A DNA stretch of 64,000 nucleotides, taken from Blepharisma stoltei ATCC 30299. Taxonomy: Eukaryota > Protista > Ciliophora. The position numbers were made by a program, and so were the translations under genes. The stretch covers positions 62,001-126,000 of the forward strand of contig CBFDEM010000064.1 of assembly GCA_965603825.1 (NCBI GenBank). Direction: 5' to 3'. Below are positions 39,915 through 52,314 of the stretch, in pieces (position 1 is the first letter of the stretch; each line of letters begins with the position of its first letter). Below the pieces are notes generated by a model, which was not told the origin of the DNA, did no database searches, and saw nothing but the letters and a program-made list of their open reading frames with translations.

Positions 39915-40500
39915 ATCTGAAATCCCATATGATAAACGTCCTAATAGCCTTCCTTTTAAGCTGTCTATTATAAGTGCTTTATTATCAATGATTTCTCAGA
40001 ATCTTTTGTCATCTGTACTTAGTTCTTAGCTTAATACGTCATTTTGCAAAAGAGATCTGTATTTTTATTGTAATTTTGGAGATAATTTTGAAATTACTTA
40101 ATAAGCTTTGCAAAGTTTGCTTTGCTGCTGAGTCTTTGTGGTTTTGCTGATGCTTTTAGAGATGTTTGTGACTTTTTTGATAAAATCGTTTTTTCAAGGA
40201 TATGAATAAATGCCTGATTGACTCAATTATCGTTTAATATATATAATTAATAAATTATTTATCGATATGCATAAATTGTGGATTATTTTGTTGATTTTCT
40301 AAAGAACTCAGACTTTTAGCAATGGAATCTCAAAATTTTTCATTTCTGATATATCATATTATGTGAGAAATACGCCAAGGGCGCCCTAAAAATTCAATGA
40401 TAATTTTCTTTTCAGGCATTATTAAATCCACCTCCTACAATTCATTAATTCTGTAATTTGCTGCAACTTCAAATACCTTGTTCAGGTCTTCATGTTTCTT
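39915..40500 (-). pseudogene. RAP-A 3' remnant followed by RAP-B 5' remnant
   Basis: Homologous to 50707-51010 and to the reverse complement of 20064-20395. Confidence 0.8.
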
Positions 40501-41441
40501 TTTATAATTAAATAAATCCATTCTTCTTAATAAATAGCATTATGAATTCTTTAATTTCTTCATCAAAAATAACTTTCTTTAATAATTTTAATTTAAAACC
40601 AAATATTCACTAAATGTTGATTCTTTTAAATCTTCAAATTTTAATTCATAAGAGTCACGGTCAAACGAAAATAAATTTTTACAAAAAATGCAATTCATCG
40701 AAGTTATTAATTTCCTATTGTGATCATTAAGAAAATAGCACAAAATGACTTCACATAAGAATTGTAACTCTTATTTGTAAGAGGTTTGAAATTAAAAATT
40801 ATGTTTATAACTTTCGATCAATCCACTTCAATGAACTTTCCTTGATTTTCTGAAAATATAGATTTTTCTCTTTTTTAATTCTTTTCGAGTTGATGATTTC
40901 AGTAGTTATAATAAATTCTTGTTGTCTCGGAAGTTTCAATTATCGGATTGTGCATTTTAAAAATTGATTTCTTAAGGGAGAATAAATTAAAAAATTATCA
41001 TTTTTTAATATTTGATAGCCAAATGTGAATTAAATACAGGGCTGCTTCTTTGAAGCTTTAGAAATTTTAATTACTCTCATAGCTAATATAATTTATGCTG
41101 AAAGTGTGGAAATTGTTATAATTTCAAGCCATTTTTGGTGGCCTTATAATTTATACAGGCCATGCAGTAAATATCAAATGACTTTCTTAATTCCAGAAAT
41201 AGACTAGCTTCAATTATTAGCTATTAACCGCGACTTTTTTGGCTAAAAATACAGTCATAGCTCCTCTTCTAGAAAAAAAAAAATTATTTTTAGAAAGTAG
41301 AAATTTTAAAGCATAATAATTTGCAAAAATTAAACAACTTTAGTTCAATTGATGAATTTTCATAAAGCTAATTCCTTAAGGATGAAATATTCACATAAGT
41401 CGAAAATTTTTTCCCTTTTTTAAAATGCTTAATAAAAATAT

Positions 41442-41730
41442 ATGGTAGTGCCAGCGTTTATTCTAATCCTGATGTTTGAAGTTTCTGCAATGCAAAACAA
41501 CATCATTGAGCACGAGGAAAGTTTTGATGGCAACTTTAATACTCCAGTTAAAGATCCCGAGGTTCTTAATCAACTTTTCCAAAACAACGATGGTCAATTA
41601 GTGAGCAAAGAAATAAGGTCAAATGCTACAGTAAAGAAAGAAAACTAACACCAACCTGTGCAGATGGTCAAAATAATTGCCAGACTTGTGCATCTGCAAC
41701 ACTTTGCAAATTTTGCATAACAACTCTTGC
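41442..41730 (+). pseudogene. 5' fragment of CxxC gene
   Basis: Frameshift at the ERKL site, then truncated. Confidence 0.85.
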
Positions 41731-42545
41731 TATCATGCATACATCGAATACTCCAAAATTCTTTAAGGGAATTAATTTTCTCTAATCAATTTTTAATACT
41801 TGATAGCTAAATATTAATTAAATAAAGGTTTGTTTGTTTTAAGATTTAAATTTTAATTACTCTTATAAAACTAAAATAATTTGTGCTGAATTTATTCGAA
41901 ACGTTATATTTTTCGAGCCATTTTTGGTGACTTTATAATTTATACAGGCCATGCAGTAAATATCAAGTAACGTTCTTAATTCCAGAAATAGACTAGCTTC
42001 AATTATTAGCTATTAACTGTGACTTTCTTGACTAAAAACACAGTCATAGCTCTTTGCTAGAAACAATAAAATTATTTTTAGCAAGTAGAAATTTTAAAGC
42101 ATTATTGTTTATGCACAACAGCTTTGCATTAATTCGAATGAACAAGTAAGGGACTCTTATTTTAGACAAAGGATTATTTAGAAATGCGGTATCTATAATA
42201 GAGATCTAGGAAAATACCTTTGAAATATATAAATAAACTTAAGCTGGTATGATCGAGGCAAGTGCTTAGAAAATATTTGGAGGCATGCGCTGGTTTTTAA
42301 GATCAGCTCAGGATTGAAAATGATTAAGCATTTAAAATGCTGCTTAGTTGGTGAGAATCATAACAGAATTGCAAATAAAGATGCTAAGCTCTAGCATCTA
42401 GCTGCAATTTTATTGCAAAAATTTTAAACAGCTTTTAGAAATATTACATAAAAAATTCAAAACACTGAATAAACCTAAATTTTCCCTTAAGGCTGAATTG
42501 TTTAATCGATTTTTTCCACTTAATTTAAAAGCTTAATAAAAATAA

Positions 42546-44261
42546 ATGGTGTTGCCAATGTTTATTCTTATCCTGATGCTTCAAGCTTCTGCAATGCAAA
42601 ACAATATCATTGAGCATGAGGAAAGCTCTGATGGTGATTTTAAAGCTCCCATTACAGATCCTGAGATTCTTAACCAGCTTTTCCAAAACAACGATGATCA
42701 ATTATTGAGCCAAGAAATAAGGTCAAATGCTACAGAAAAAGAAAGAAAACTAACAGCAGCCTGCACAAATGGTGAAAATAATTGCCAGACTTGTGCATCT
42801 GCAACACTTTGCGGAACTTGCCTGCTTTCTAATACTATTCCTGACATTAATGGAGGATGCACCCAAACATATTTAAAAAATTGTGCTCTTGTTTCTTCCG
42901 ATACTGTATGTAGTGCTTGCAAAGCAGGCTATTATCAAGGCTGTAAATCATGCAGTGACTTAATTCCAGGTTGTACTGCTTGCTCTGATGATGGGCGATG
43001 CGTAACTTGTGGTTCAGGATATCTACTAGATGGTATGACTTCAACTTGCATGGCTTGCAGTAATCCACTCTGCGATTCTTGCCCAAATAATATGTGCATA
43101 AAATGTAAGTCAGGGTATTTTGCAGACGGTAGCACTTGCAAAGATTGCCCCAGCTATATGACAGGTTGCCAAGAATGCTCAAATAGCGACAAATGCACCA
43201 AATGTGTGACAGGATATATACTAAATGAAAATTCCCAATGCACCCAATCATCAATACCAAATTGTATTGCACTTAATTCTGGTACAATGCTATGTGTAAC
43301 TTGTGCGAGTGGATATTACGAGAATGGTGGCTCGTGCACTCAAATACCATGCACAAGCACTCAATACTGGGATGCTACCTTAAAGGAATGCAAGGGATGC
43401 AATACAATTAATTTAAGTTGCATTACTTGCAGCTCATATCCAAGATGCACTTCATGTTCAGCTGGAAAAATAGCTGATGATTATGGCTTATGCACCCCTT
43501 CAACTCTTTCTAATTGTGCTATGGTTAGAGCTACAGATCCAAATTATTGCGTGAAATGCTCCACTGGATATACCTCTAACGGAGCAGGAGGGTGTAGATG
43601 GTCTCCACTAAAGTATTGTAATGCAGTTTCTGATGCTTATACTTGCACAGCCTGCTCTAGTGGAGCTGCTAATAGCTGTGGCTCATGCAACGCAATTAAT
43701 TTATTCCCTAATTGTGCTTGTGCTTCTCAAGAGGGCTCATTTTGTGTCAAATGCAATGATGGCTATATTGTTAAAGCAGGCTCATGCTCTAAAGGTATTT
43801 TCTATTTAGATTGCTCTTCTAATTGTGAGGATTGCACTTCGAAAGACGTATGCACTCAATGCAAGTCAGGATATTTCCTTTATGATGAAAGTGCAACTAA
43901 AACAAGCTGTGTTTGTAAGATTTATTTAGCATGTGCCGATTCGTGCAATTTATGCACTAATAGTCCTATTTGTTTTGAGTGTGCTGACTTAATAGTCCAA
44001 GATGGAAGTTCGTGTAGAGTGGATAAAGTGGGATATCAATTGAGTTTCGACTCTCCAGATGCAGTTATTGATTTTGCTCACGCGCTTTCGAAAGTGGTAG
44101 CTTTTGATTCTTTTACAGCTAAGAAAGGTGAAGTTGTTGTTCCTACAGGAGGTTGGAGTGTCAAATCATCGACAATAAGCCAGATCAAGGTTCAGACTGA
44201 TTTGGATGTTTCTCAGCTTCCAATTGATGTCACCTTCAGCTTTAAGGAGATTGACTCTTAG
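42546..44261 (+). CDS. Secreted CxxC-repeat protein, intact, ~561 aa spliced
   Basis: Uninterrupted ORF containing two in-frame 15-nt introns (43795-43809, 43915-43929). Confidence 0.9.
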   Translation: MVLPMFILILMLQASAMQNNIIEHEESSDGDFKAPITDPEILNQLFQNNDDQLLSQEIRSNATEKERKLTAACTNGENNCQTCASATLCGTCLLSNTIPDINGGCTQTYLKNCALVSSDTVCSACKAGYYQGCKSCSDLIPGCTACSDDGRCVTCGSGYLLDGMTSTCMACSNPLCDSCPNNMCIKCKSGYFADGSTCKDCPSYMTGCQECSNSDKCTKCVTGYILNENSQCTQSSIPNCIALNSGTMLCVTCASGYYENGGSCTQIPCTSTQYWDATLKECKGCNTINLSCITCSSYPRCTSCSAGKIADDYGLCTPSTLSNCAMVRATDPNYCVKCSTGYTSNGAGGCRWSPLKYCNAVSDAYTCTACSSGAANSCGSCNAINLFPNCACASQEGSFCVKCNDGYIVKAGSCSKGIFYLDCSSNCEDCTSKDVCTQCKSGYFLYDESATKTSCVCKIYLACADSCNLCTNSPICFECADLIVQDGSSCRVDKVGYQLSFDSPDAVIDFAHALSKVVAFDSFTAKKGEVVVPTGGWSVKSSTISQIKVQTDLDVSQLPIDVTFSFKEIDS

Positions 44262-44324
44262 AAGTTAATTAACTTTCTCTATTCTTAATCAGATGATTAA
44301 CTAATTTTTCTGGCTCTTCTCTCT

Positions 44325-45846
44325 GTGAAATCCCATATGCTAAACGTCCTAATGGCTTTCATTTTAAGCTGTCTCTATTATAAGTGCTTTATTATCAATG
44401 ATTTTCCAGAATCTTTTATCATCTGTACTTAGCTTCTTAGCTCAATACGTCATTATAATAAAGAGATCTGCATTTTTATTGTAATTTTTGAGATAAGTTT
44501 GTAATTACTTAATAAGTTTTGCTAAGTTTGCTGCTGAGTCTCTGTGGTTTTGATAAAGCTTTTTAGAGATTTTTGTGATTTTTTTGATAATATCGTTCTT
44601 TTCTAGGACATGAATGAACTGTCTGATTGGCTCAATTACCGTTTAATATAATTAATAAATTATTTATCGATATCCATGAATTGTGGATTATTTTGTTGAT
44701 TTTCTAAAGAACTCAGACTTTTAGCAATGGAATCTCAAAATTTTTCATTTCTGATATTCCTATAGCATTCCAACCTAGTATATTTAAATGGCGGATTTTT
44801 GTTGCGTTCTCGGGTCAACTTGCACATTATGAGAGAAATATGCCAAGGGCGTCCTAAAAATTCAACGATAATTTTCTTTTCAGGCATTATCAAGTCCACC
44901 TCTTATAATTCATTAATTCTGTAATTAGCCGCAGCTTCAAATTCCTTGTCCTTCAGAAAATCCAAGATTATCCGCTCCCATTTTCCTTTAATTCTATTAT
45001 CCGGCACATTCTTATAAGAATCCGCAATATTTCCTATGATTTTTTCTTTCCATTCTAAATATCCATCAGGCTTGCCAATATCAAAACAAACAGAAACATT
45101 GAGTGCAGACAATTTTTCTTTATCATTGATTTTCTGATAAATATATTTAGAAAATCTCTCAATAAAAGGATTCCAGATTTCAGGATCATAATTACTAATT
45201 AGCGTAAGCGCTTTCATTATAATTACTGTGCCATATCCAGTGAATTTATTCATCATTTTCAATATATGATGCTAATTTTACTCCTATAATCCCCCAAGTA
45301 ATATATGGGGTATTAGCTAGAGCTGTAAATCCTTCCCTAAAGACCTCGACTTCTGTATATAATTCAACTAATATTATCTGCATATTATTAAGATCAGATA
45401 GCATTTCACAAAATTTAGTTTCTAGATATTCTAAAACTCCAGGATCATTAAAGGCTGTCACATAAAACAGCAAATCCAGCCCGTTTCCAATTAAAATTTT
45501 GGTATAATCACTTGCAAAAAGATTCAATAGTTCAGAGTTTGGTAATTTTTTTACTATCTAAGCTAGTTCTCTAGGTAAGAGCTCATCAATTCTTCTAATA
45601 AAATGATTTAAGATAGTTTTCAGCTTCAGGTCTTCCAACTACCCCATGGGCCAATAGCGCTAATGATTTTCCTCTAATGATTTCTAAAGCGTTAGGGGTT
45701 TCTTTATCTATTAGCTCTCAGAGCTTATCATGTGATCCAATCTTGTTTGCCCAATAAGAAAGTGTACATAAAACTTCTGTGTCACTATTAAATTGTAAAT
45801 GCACATCTTTATAGTAATTCACTTTATTTTGGAATTTCCTTCTTAC
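44325..45846 (-). pseudogene. RAP-A pseudogene with internal deletion plus RAP-B 5' remnant
   Basis: ORFs 45246-45527 and 44903-45262 match RAP-A, with ~300 nt missing at ~45370. 44325-44643 matches the RAP-B start. Confidence 0.85.
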
Positions 45847-46767
45847 TAAAAGGAAGATATTCTCAAACCGGATTACCTAAAATTGGTATTGGCCAGTTTA
45901 TAAAAATAAAATGCAAGGCTTAGCACTGGAGACAGAATAAGCTGAGCTTTAAAAAGAGAGCGGATGTAAATGCAAAAAAATCTGAAGGTAAAACTCCACA
46001 GCATTATGCTTGAGAAAAGAGTGATACGGAAATGGTTCGAAATCCCTCAATTAGGTGAAGAGGGACAAATCATTTGATGATTAGACTTAGGAGATTGGTA
46101 ATCTGAATATTTAAAAATATCTATAGCTTATAGAGACTTTAAAGCTAAATTAAATTAATGGAGATATAGCCATATTTATAAAAATGAAAGAATTCTATAA
46201 AGTAGCCAACTTTAAAAGGAAAAGCGGGCATATGGCATTAATAAGCTCTGCAATTGCAATTTAGAGGCATGTAGGACTAAAGAGTAAAGAGAATTAATAA
46301 TTCGCTAATCAAAGGGGAACTAATTAAAAAATCATCAATTTTATATTTGATAGCTAAACGTGAATTAAATAAAGAGTTGCTAGTTTAAGGCTAAAAAATT
46401 TAATTAATCTTTATAAAACTAAAGTATTCTATGCTGAAAGTGTTGAAAATCGTTATAATTTCGAGCCATTTTTGACTGGCCTTAAACTTATACAGAAAAT
46501 GTATTAAATATTAAATAGACAAAGCCATTAAGGCCTGCCTAAATATTAATCGAGGTGCATGTGCTGGTTTTTAAAATCAGCTCAAGATTGAGATTGATTA
46601 AGCATTCAAAATGCTGCTTAATCTGTGAGAACCATAGCAAGGCTATGAACAAAGATGATACTAGCAGCAATTATATTGTAAAAGTTTGGAAATTTTGCAA
46701 TAAAAATTAGTTGATAAATTTTTAATAGATTTAATCGGCTACTTTATCTATGGCCTATTGAAAATAT

Positions 46768-48347
46768 ATGGTATTGCCAGCGTTTATTCTTATCCTGATG
46801 ATTGAAGCTTCTGCAATGCAAAATAGCATCATTGAGTATGAGGAAAGCACTGATGGTGACTTAAAAGCTCTCATTACAGATCCTGAGATTCTTAATCAGC
46901 TTTCCCAAAGCAACGACAGTCAAGGATCCAGTCAAGAAATAAGGTCAAATGCTACAGAAAAAGAAAGAAAACTAACAGCAACCTGCACAAATGGTGAAAA
47001 TAATTGCCAGACTTGCGCATCTGCAACACTTTGCGGAACTTGCCTGATTTCTAATACTATTCCTGACACTAATGGCGGATGCACCTCATCTTCTTTAAAA
47101 AATTGTGCTCTTGTTTCTTCCGCTACTGTATGTAGCATTTGCAAATCAGGCTATTATCAAGGTTGTGCATCATGCGGTGACTTAATTCCAGGTTGTACTG
47201 CTTGTTCTGATAATGGAATATGCACAGCTTGTGGTTCAGGATATGGACTAGATGGTTCGTCTGGAACTTGCAGGGCATGCAATATTCAACACTGCAATTC
47301 TTGCACTGGTAGTAATTGCGATATATGCAATCCAGGGTCTTTTGCGAACAGTGGCGGCACTTGTACACAATGTTCCAGCTCTATTACAAATTGCCAAGAA
47401 TGCTCAAAGAGCAACCAATGCACCAAATGTGAGGCAGGATCTGCAGTAAATCAAAATGACCAATGCTCCCAGACATCAAAACAAAACTGTATTGTACTTA
47501 GTTCTGATACAAGTCTATGTGCAACTTGTGAGAGCGGGTATTACGTTCATAATGGCTCGTGTGCCAAAATTCCATGCGCAAGCAATAAATACTGGGATGA
47601 TTCCAGCAAGCAATTCAAGGATTGCAAAGATCTTGATTTAAATTGCATCGCTTGCTCCTCAGATAAAAAGTGCACTTCATGTTAAGCTGGTTTAACAGCC
47701 AATGAAGCAGGCAAATGCGGCAGTTCTTCTGTTTCTAATTGCTCTGTGATTAAAACTTCAAATGCATCTTATTGCGTAAAATGTTCAACTGGATATATCT
47801 CTAACGGGGCAGGAGGGTGTATACAGTCTCAACTAATGTATTGTAATGTGGCTTCTGATGCTTATACTTGCACAACCTGTTCTAATGGAGCTGCTAAGGG
47901 CTGTGGCTCATGCAACGCAATTAATACAATCCCTAATTGTGCTTGTGCTTCTTCTGACGGATCATTTTGTGCCACGTGTAATGATGGTTATATTCTTAAG
48001 GCAGGCGTATGCACTCTAGGTATTTTCTATTTAGTTTGTCCTTCTAATTGCGCGGCTTGCACTTCAAAAGACATATGCACTAAATGCAATTCAGGATATT
48101 TCCTTTATTATGAAAGTGCGACTAAAACAAGCTGTGTTTGTAAGATTTATTTAGCATGTGACAATTTGTGAAATTTATGTCTACTAGTAATATTTGTTTT
48201 GAGTGTGCTGACGTAATATTCAAAGATGGAAGCTCATGCACAATGGATAAAGTAGGATATCAAATAAGCTTTGAATCTCCATATATCGTTATTGATTTTG
48301 CTCACCAGCTTTCGAAAACGGTGGCATTTGATTCCTTTACAGCTAAG
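46768..48347 (+). pseudogene. CxxC-repeat gene pseudogene, 3'-truncated
   Basis: TCA>TAA at 47683, indel at ~48160, and homology ends at acagctaag (48347). Confidence 0.85.
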
Positions 48348-48659
48348 GCTAGACTACAATTGAAAGACGTTAGTCTTATAGATGGCGCAACCACAGGATG
48401 CCTCTCTCTGGAGATTCATCCACTTTGCGGAGAATAGGATAGTAGATCTAGCTGCAACTGATACAGTCGTCTGAGGTTTTAGCTTTGAGGAGCAATTTAT
48501 GAAATTTCTGATGCTAGAAGTCGAGTTGATGAGAAAAGAGCCTAAAATCATCAAAGGTCGCTTCAAATTTTCTGTTTCTTGGATAAAATTAGGAAAGCTG
48601 ATTCCTTTCAAACCAAATGCCATTTTATTTATGTTTCCTCCGCTCTTTCTCCCTGACGC

Positions 48660-50575
48660 TTCAAGAATTATCTATAAAGTTCGCTCTGATATAGCTTGCG
48701 GAATATGGGGTTTTGTAGCCTGTCAACACGGAGCTTCCTCTTCTTTAGTTCCCCTGTTCTTGTGTTCCAGTCCCAGATCTTCAAGGTGATCGGTAGATGA
48801 TCACTTTCAATCGGGCAATCCCCATCCACATCAAAATCTATAAGTTTATCAGCTAATCCCCTGTTTACAGCTGCATAGTCCAGACAGAAAGTGTTGCCTG
48901 CTGAGTGGAGGTTAAGTTGCAGCAAGTCTTGATCTCACTGTAGGCACATCGTTCTTAGTCTGTGTCCGTTTTGGTTTGTGTCTTTCGATCATCAGCCTTT
49001 TAAATGTGCATTAAAATCTCCCATCAATATTTCCTGTTTGTTCATCCTTCTGCTCCATGCTACAGCTGCATACAGTCCATCATAAAATGCTTCTGTTTCT
49101 TCTTCATAACTGCTTTCCACCGGGGAGTATGCCACAATAAGGGCAATCTTACCAAACTCTATTGCTATCACCCTGCCTTCCATGAATGATCGAACTTCCC
49201 CTACTTCGACTTCAATTTCCTTGTTAATAAGAATTCCAACACCTGCACTTCTTTCCTTCCTGGGCTTGACACTCATTCATAACCTGTGATTCTGGGCAGA
49301 TCCTCATTTTTTACACAATGGGTTTCACATATTCCCATTACATCAGGTACTACTTCCTCTATGTATTTGCTTAGTTGTTGGCCCTTGCTCCTAACTCCTC
49401 GTATGTTAGCGTGCGAGGTAGTCTTTATTCTACTTTGTTGCTCATGCCTATGTCTTTTTGCTGATGGTAGTCCAAATCCGGCCTCAGTCATTGTTCTCCT
49501 CTTCGGAATTTCGCCGATCATCTGATCAATCTGCTTAGGCACCTCCTTCGTCTTAGTCTTTTCTTGAGTCTTTTTTTCTTCAGGTGTTCCAGCCTTACCA
49601 GTCTCCCCATTTTTCTCATCTGCTCTGCCGCAATCCATCTCATTTACTCCTACATACGCTAATCTATTTAAGTTACCTGACGTTTCAATTTGCATCTTGC
49701 TCTTCAGTTCCTCTACTGCATAGTTACGCATTTTCTTTCTTCTTCTTCTTTCTTCTTCTTTCTTTTCCTTTATGATTCTTTCTTTTGCCTTCCTTTCATT
49801 TCTTCTCTCAAAAACTTTGTTGTGACCTTTCGCGTTGTGACCAATCTCTTGACATTTTTCGAAATAAAGGCAGGCTGCATGATTAACCCATATCTTATTC
49901 CCTTATTGTGATCTCATCGTTCATATCTAATGCCTTTTCCATCGCGTCAAATTCACCATACATTGTGTACCTGGAATTCGCATTGAAGTTCACAATGTAG
50001 TTGTCATTTCCTATGCTAACTGTGTTGTTTGCCACTATCTCTATGATCTTGCATAGCTTGCTGAGTTCTCCTATTATCTCCTCGAGCGCCACCCCTGCAG
50101 GTACCATCACTTGCATCTTGTATCGCACATATTTGATCTCTCCACCTTCCAAAACAGTCCTGATGGAACCGCTAGCTTGTTTCCTTGATGTTGAACCATT
50201 ATCTTACCTCTTCCCTTTAAGTCTTTCCAAGCATCCTCCTCTGCAAATGTGACCACTGCGTCACCAGATGGTAGTCTAAGGCTTCTCAGTATGTCTCCCA
50301 CCCTAGAGCATGTCTCCAATGCTATGATAAAGGATCCATGCAGACTAAGTTTTATCTCTTCGTCACCCTTCTTGAGGAATTTTGATAAATAGAATTTCAG
50401 CGTAAAGCCCAGGCATTCTCTGTCATCTATTTTAGGTAAATTAGTGACGGGTGTGCTAAAGCCGTAACAAAAACCACCTCTGCCAAATCCCAGGACTTGG
50501 ATCTCCTCATCCTTCGCGGCTTTGAGAATGATTTGTTTTTGCTTGCTACTGCCATCTTCGAAAATTAAAAAAGTA
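48660..50575 (-). mobile_element. Degenerate non-LTR retrotransposon: Gag/ORF1-like, Zn knuckle and complete APE endonuclease, no RT
   Basis: APE motifs HANIRG, GICETH, AGVGIL, AYSP, MGDFNAH, CLDYAAV and SDHLPI. The N-terminal region is homologous to the element at 29.8-31.1 kb. Several frameshifts. Confidence 0.9.
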
Positions 50576-50691
50576 CTTTGCTGGTGAGTCTCTGTAGTTT
50601 TCCAAAGCTTTAGAGATATTTGCGACCTCTTTGTAAAAATCATTCTTTTCTAGGTTATAAATAAACTGTCTTATTAACTCAATTATCATCT
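50576..50691 (-). pseudogene. RAP-B 5' remnant interrupted by retroelement
   Basis: Matches 20064-20180, then switches to the element. Confidence 0.8.
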
Positions 50692-50706
50692 AATATAATT
50701 AATAAA

Positions 50707-52314
50707 TTACTTATCGATGTGTATGAATTGTGGATTATTTTGTTGATTTTCTAAAGAATTCAGAGCATTTATCAATGAAATCTCAAAATTATCCATTTCT
50801 GATATTCCTATAACATTCCACCCTAGTATATTCAAATGGCGAAATTTTTGTTGCGTTTGCGGGTCAATTTGCATATTATGCTGAGAAATATGTCAAGGTT
50901 TCCCTAAAAATTCAACGATAATTTTCTTTTCAGGCATTATCAAGTCCACCTCGTACAATTCATTAACTCTGCAATTAGTCACAGCTTCAAATCCTTTGTC
51001 CTTCAGAAAATCCAAGATTATCCGCTCATATTTTCCTTTTATTCTATTATCCGGCACACTCTTATAAGAATCACCAATATTTCCTATGATTTTTTCTTTC
51101 CATTCTAAATACCCATCAGGCTTGTCAATATCAAGACAAACAGAAATATTGTGTGCAATCAATCTTTCTTTATCATTTATTTTCTTATAAATATATCTAG
51201 AAAATCTCTCAATAAAAGGATTCCAGATTTCAGGATCATAATTACTAATCAGTGTAAGCGCTTTCATCATAGTAACTGTGTCATATCCATTAAATTTATT
51301 CATCATTTTCAATATATGATGCTTGCTTCACTCCATTAGTCCCCCAGTAAAATATGGGGTATTGGCTAGGGCTCTAAATCCTTCTCTAAAGACCTCGACT
51401 TCTTTATTTAATTCAACTTGTTCTATTCATTTATTTTTTAAATACTCAAACAGTGCTGGCCTGAAAAATAAGTTTTTTGAGCAATAGCTCATTACAATAG
51501 CGATTGGGAATTTCTCTGAAGAATTTTTTACAATTTCTTCAAAATTGTCCCAGAATTCTTTAGAAACTATTCCCCAAAAATATTTTTTTTGGAATAATTG
51601 TAAGGTGTGGTTAATGTCTTTCAGATTTAAATCTTTAGCTGAATTAATGATTTTTTGTTCAAGCAAATAAACTGTTTCATACTTTATTACACGCTCTTTA
51701 TTCGAAAGCTCATAGACGATACCTAATATTGTCTGCATGTTATTAAGATTAGGCAGCATTTCATAAAATTTAGTTTCTAGATAGTCTAAAACTCCAGGAT
51801 CATTAAAGGCAGTCACATAAAACAGCAAATCCAGCCCATTTCCAATTAAAATTTTAGTATAGTCACTTGCTAAAATATTCAGTAGTTCAGAGTTTGGTAA
51901 TGTTTTTACAATCTCAGCTAATTCTCTAGGTGAGAGCTCATCAATTCTTGCAATAACATGATTTAAAAATACTTTTTCAGCTTCAGGTCTTCCAATTACC
52001 CCATGGGCCAATAGGACTAATGATTTTCCTCTTATGACTTCTAAAGCGTTAGGAATTTCTTTGTCTATTAACTCCCAAAGCTTTGCATCATGCGATCCAA
52101 TCTTGTTTGCCCAATAAGAAAGTGTACATAAAACTTCTGGGTCACTATTAAATTGTAAATACACATCTTTATAGTAATTGACCATATTTTGGAATTTCCT
52201 TCTTACTTGGACATTACTTGGCTCATTTTGTGCAATTTTTGAAAAGGACTTGATATCCCTAAGAAAATCTTGCTTATTAGCTTGATGAAGAAATCGCTTA
52301 AGTCACATGACCAT
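50707..52314 (-). CDS. Helical-repeat protein with C-terminal RAP domain (RAP-A), ~535 aa, possibly mitochondrial
   Basis: ATG at 52314 (MVM(W)LKRFLHQANK), single frame via TGA=Trp to TAA at 50707. YEVDLIMPEKKIIVEFLGKP(W)H...TQQKFRHLNILGWNVIGI is RAP-like. Confidence 0.85.

Larger units (their letters stand above)
36556..40520. repeat. ~4-kb unit 1 of direct tandem duplication (unit 2 ~40972-44960)
   Basis: Near-identical order: promoter block, truncated CxxC gene, promoter block, CxxC gene, RAP-B/RAP-A remnants. Offset about 4.41 kb. Confidence 0.9.

Noticed and set aside
42698-43272. Antisense ORFs over CxxC, ATPase and EML genes
   Set aside because: Shadow ORFs of coding strands; they recur only because the genes are duplicated.
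50107-50643. 178-aa ORF as a real protein
   Set aside because: It is a chance chimera of an off-frame RAP-B remnant and the retroelement.
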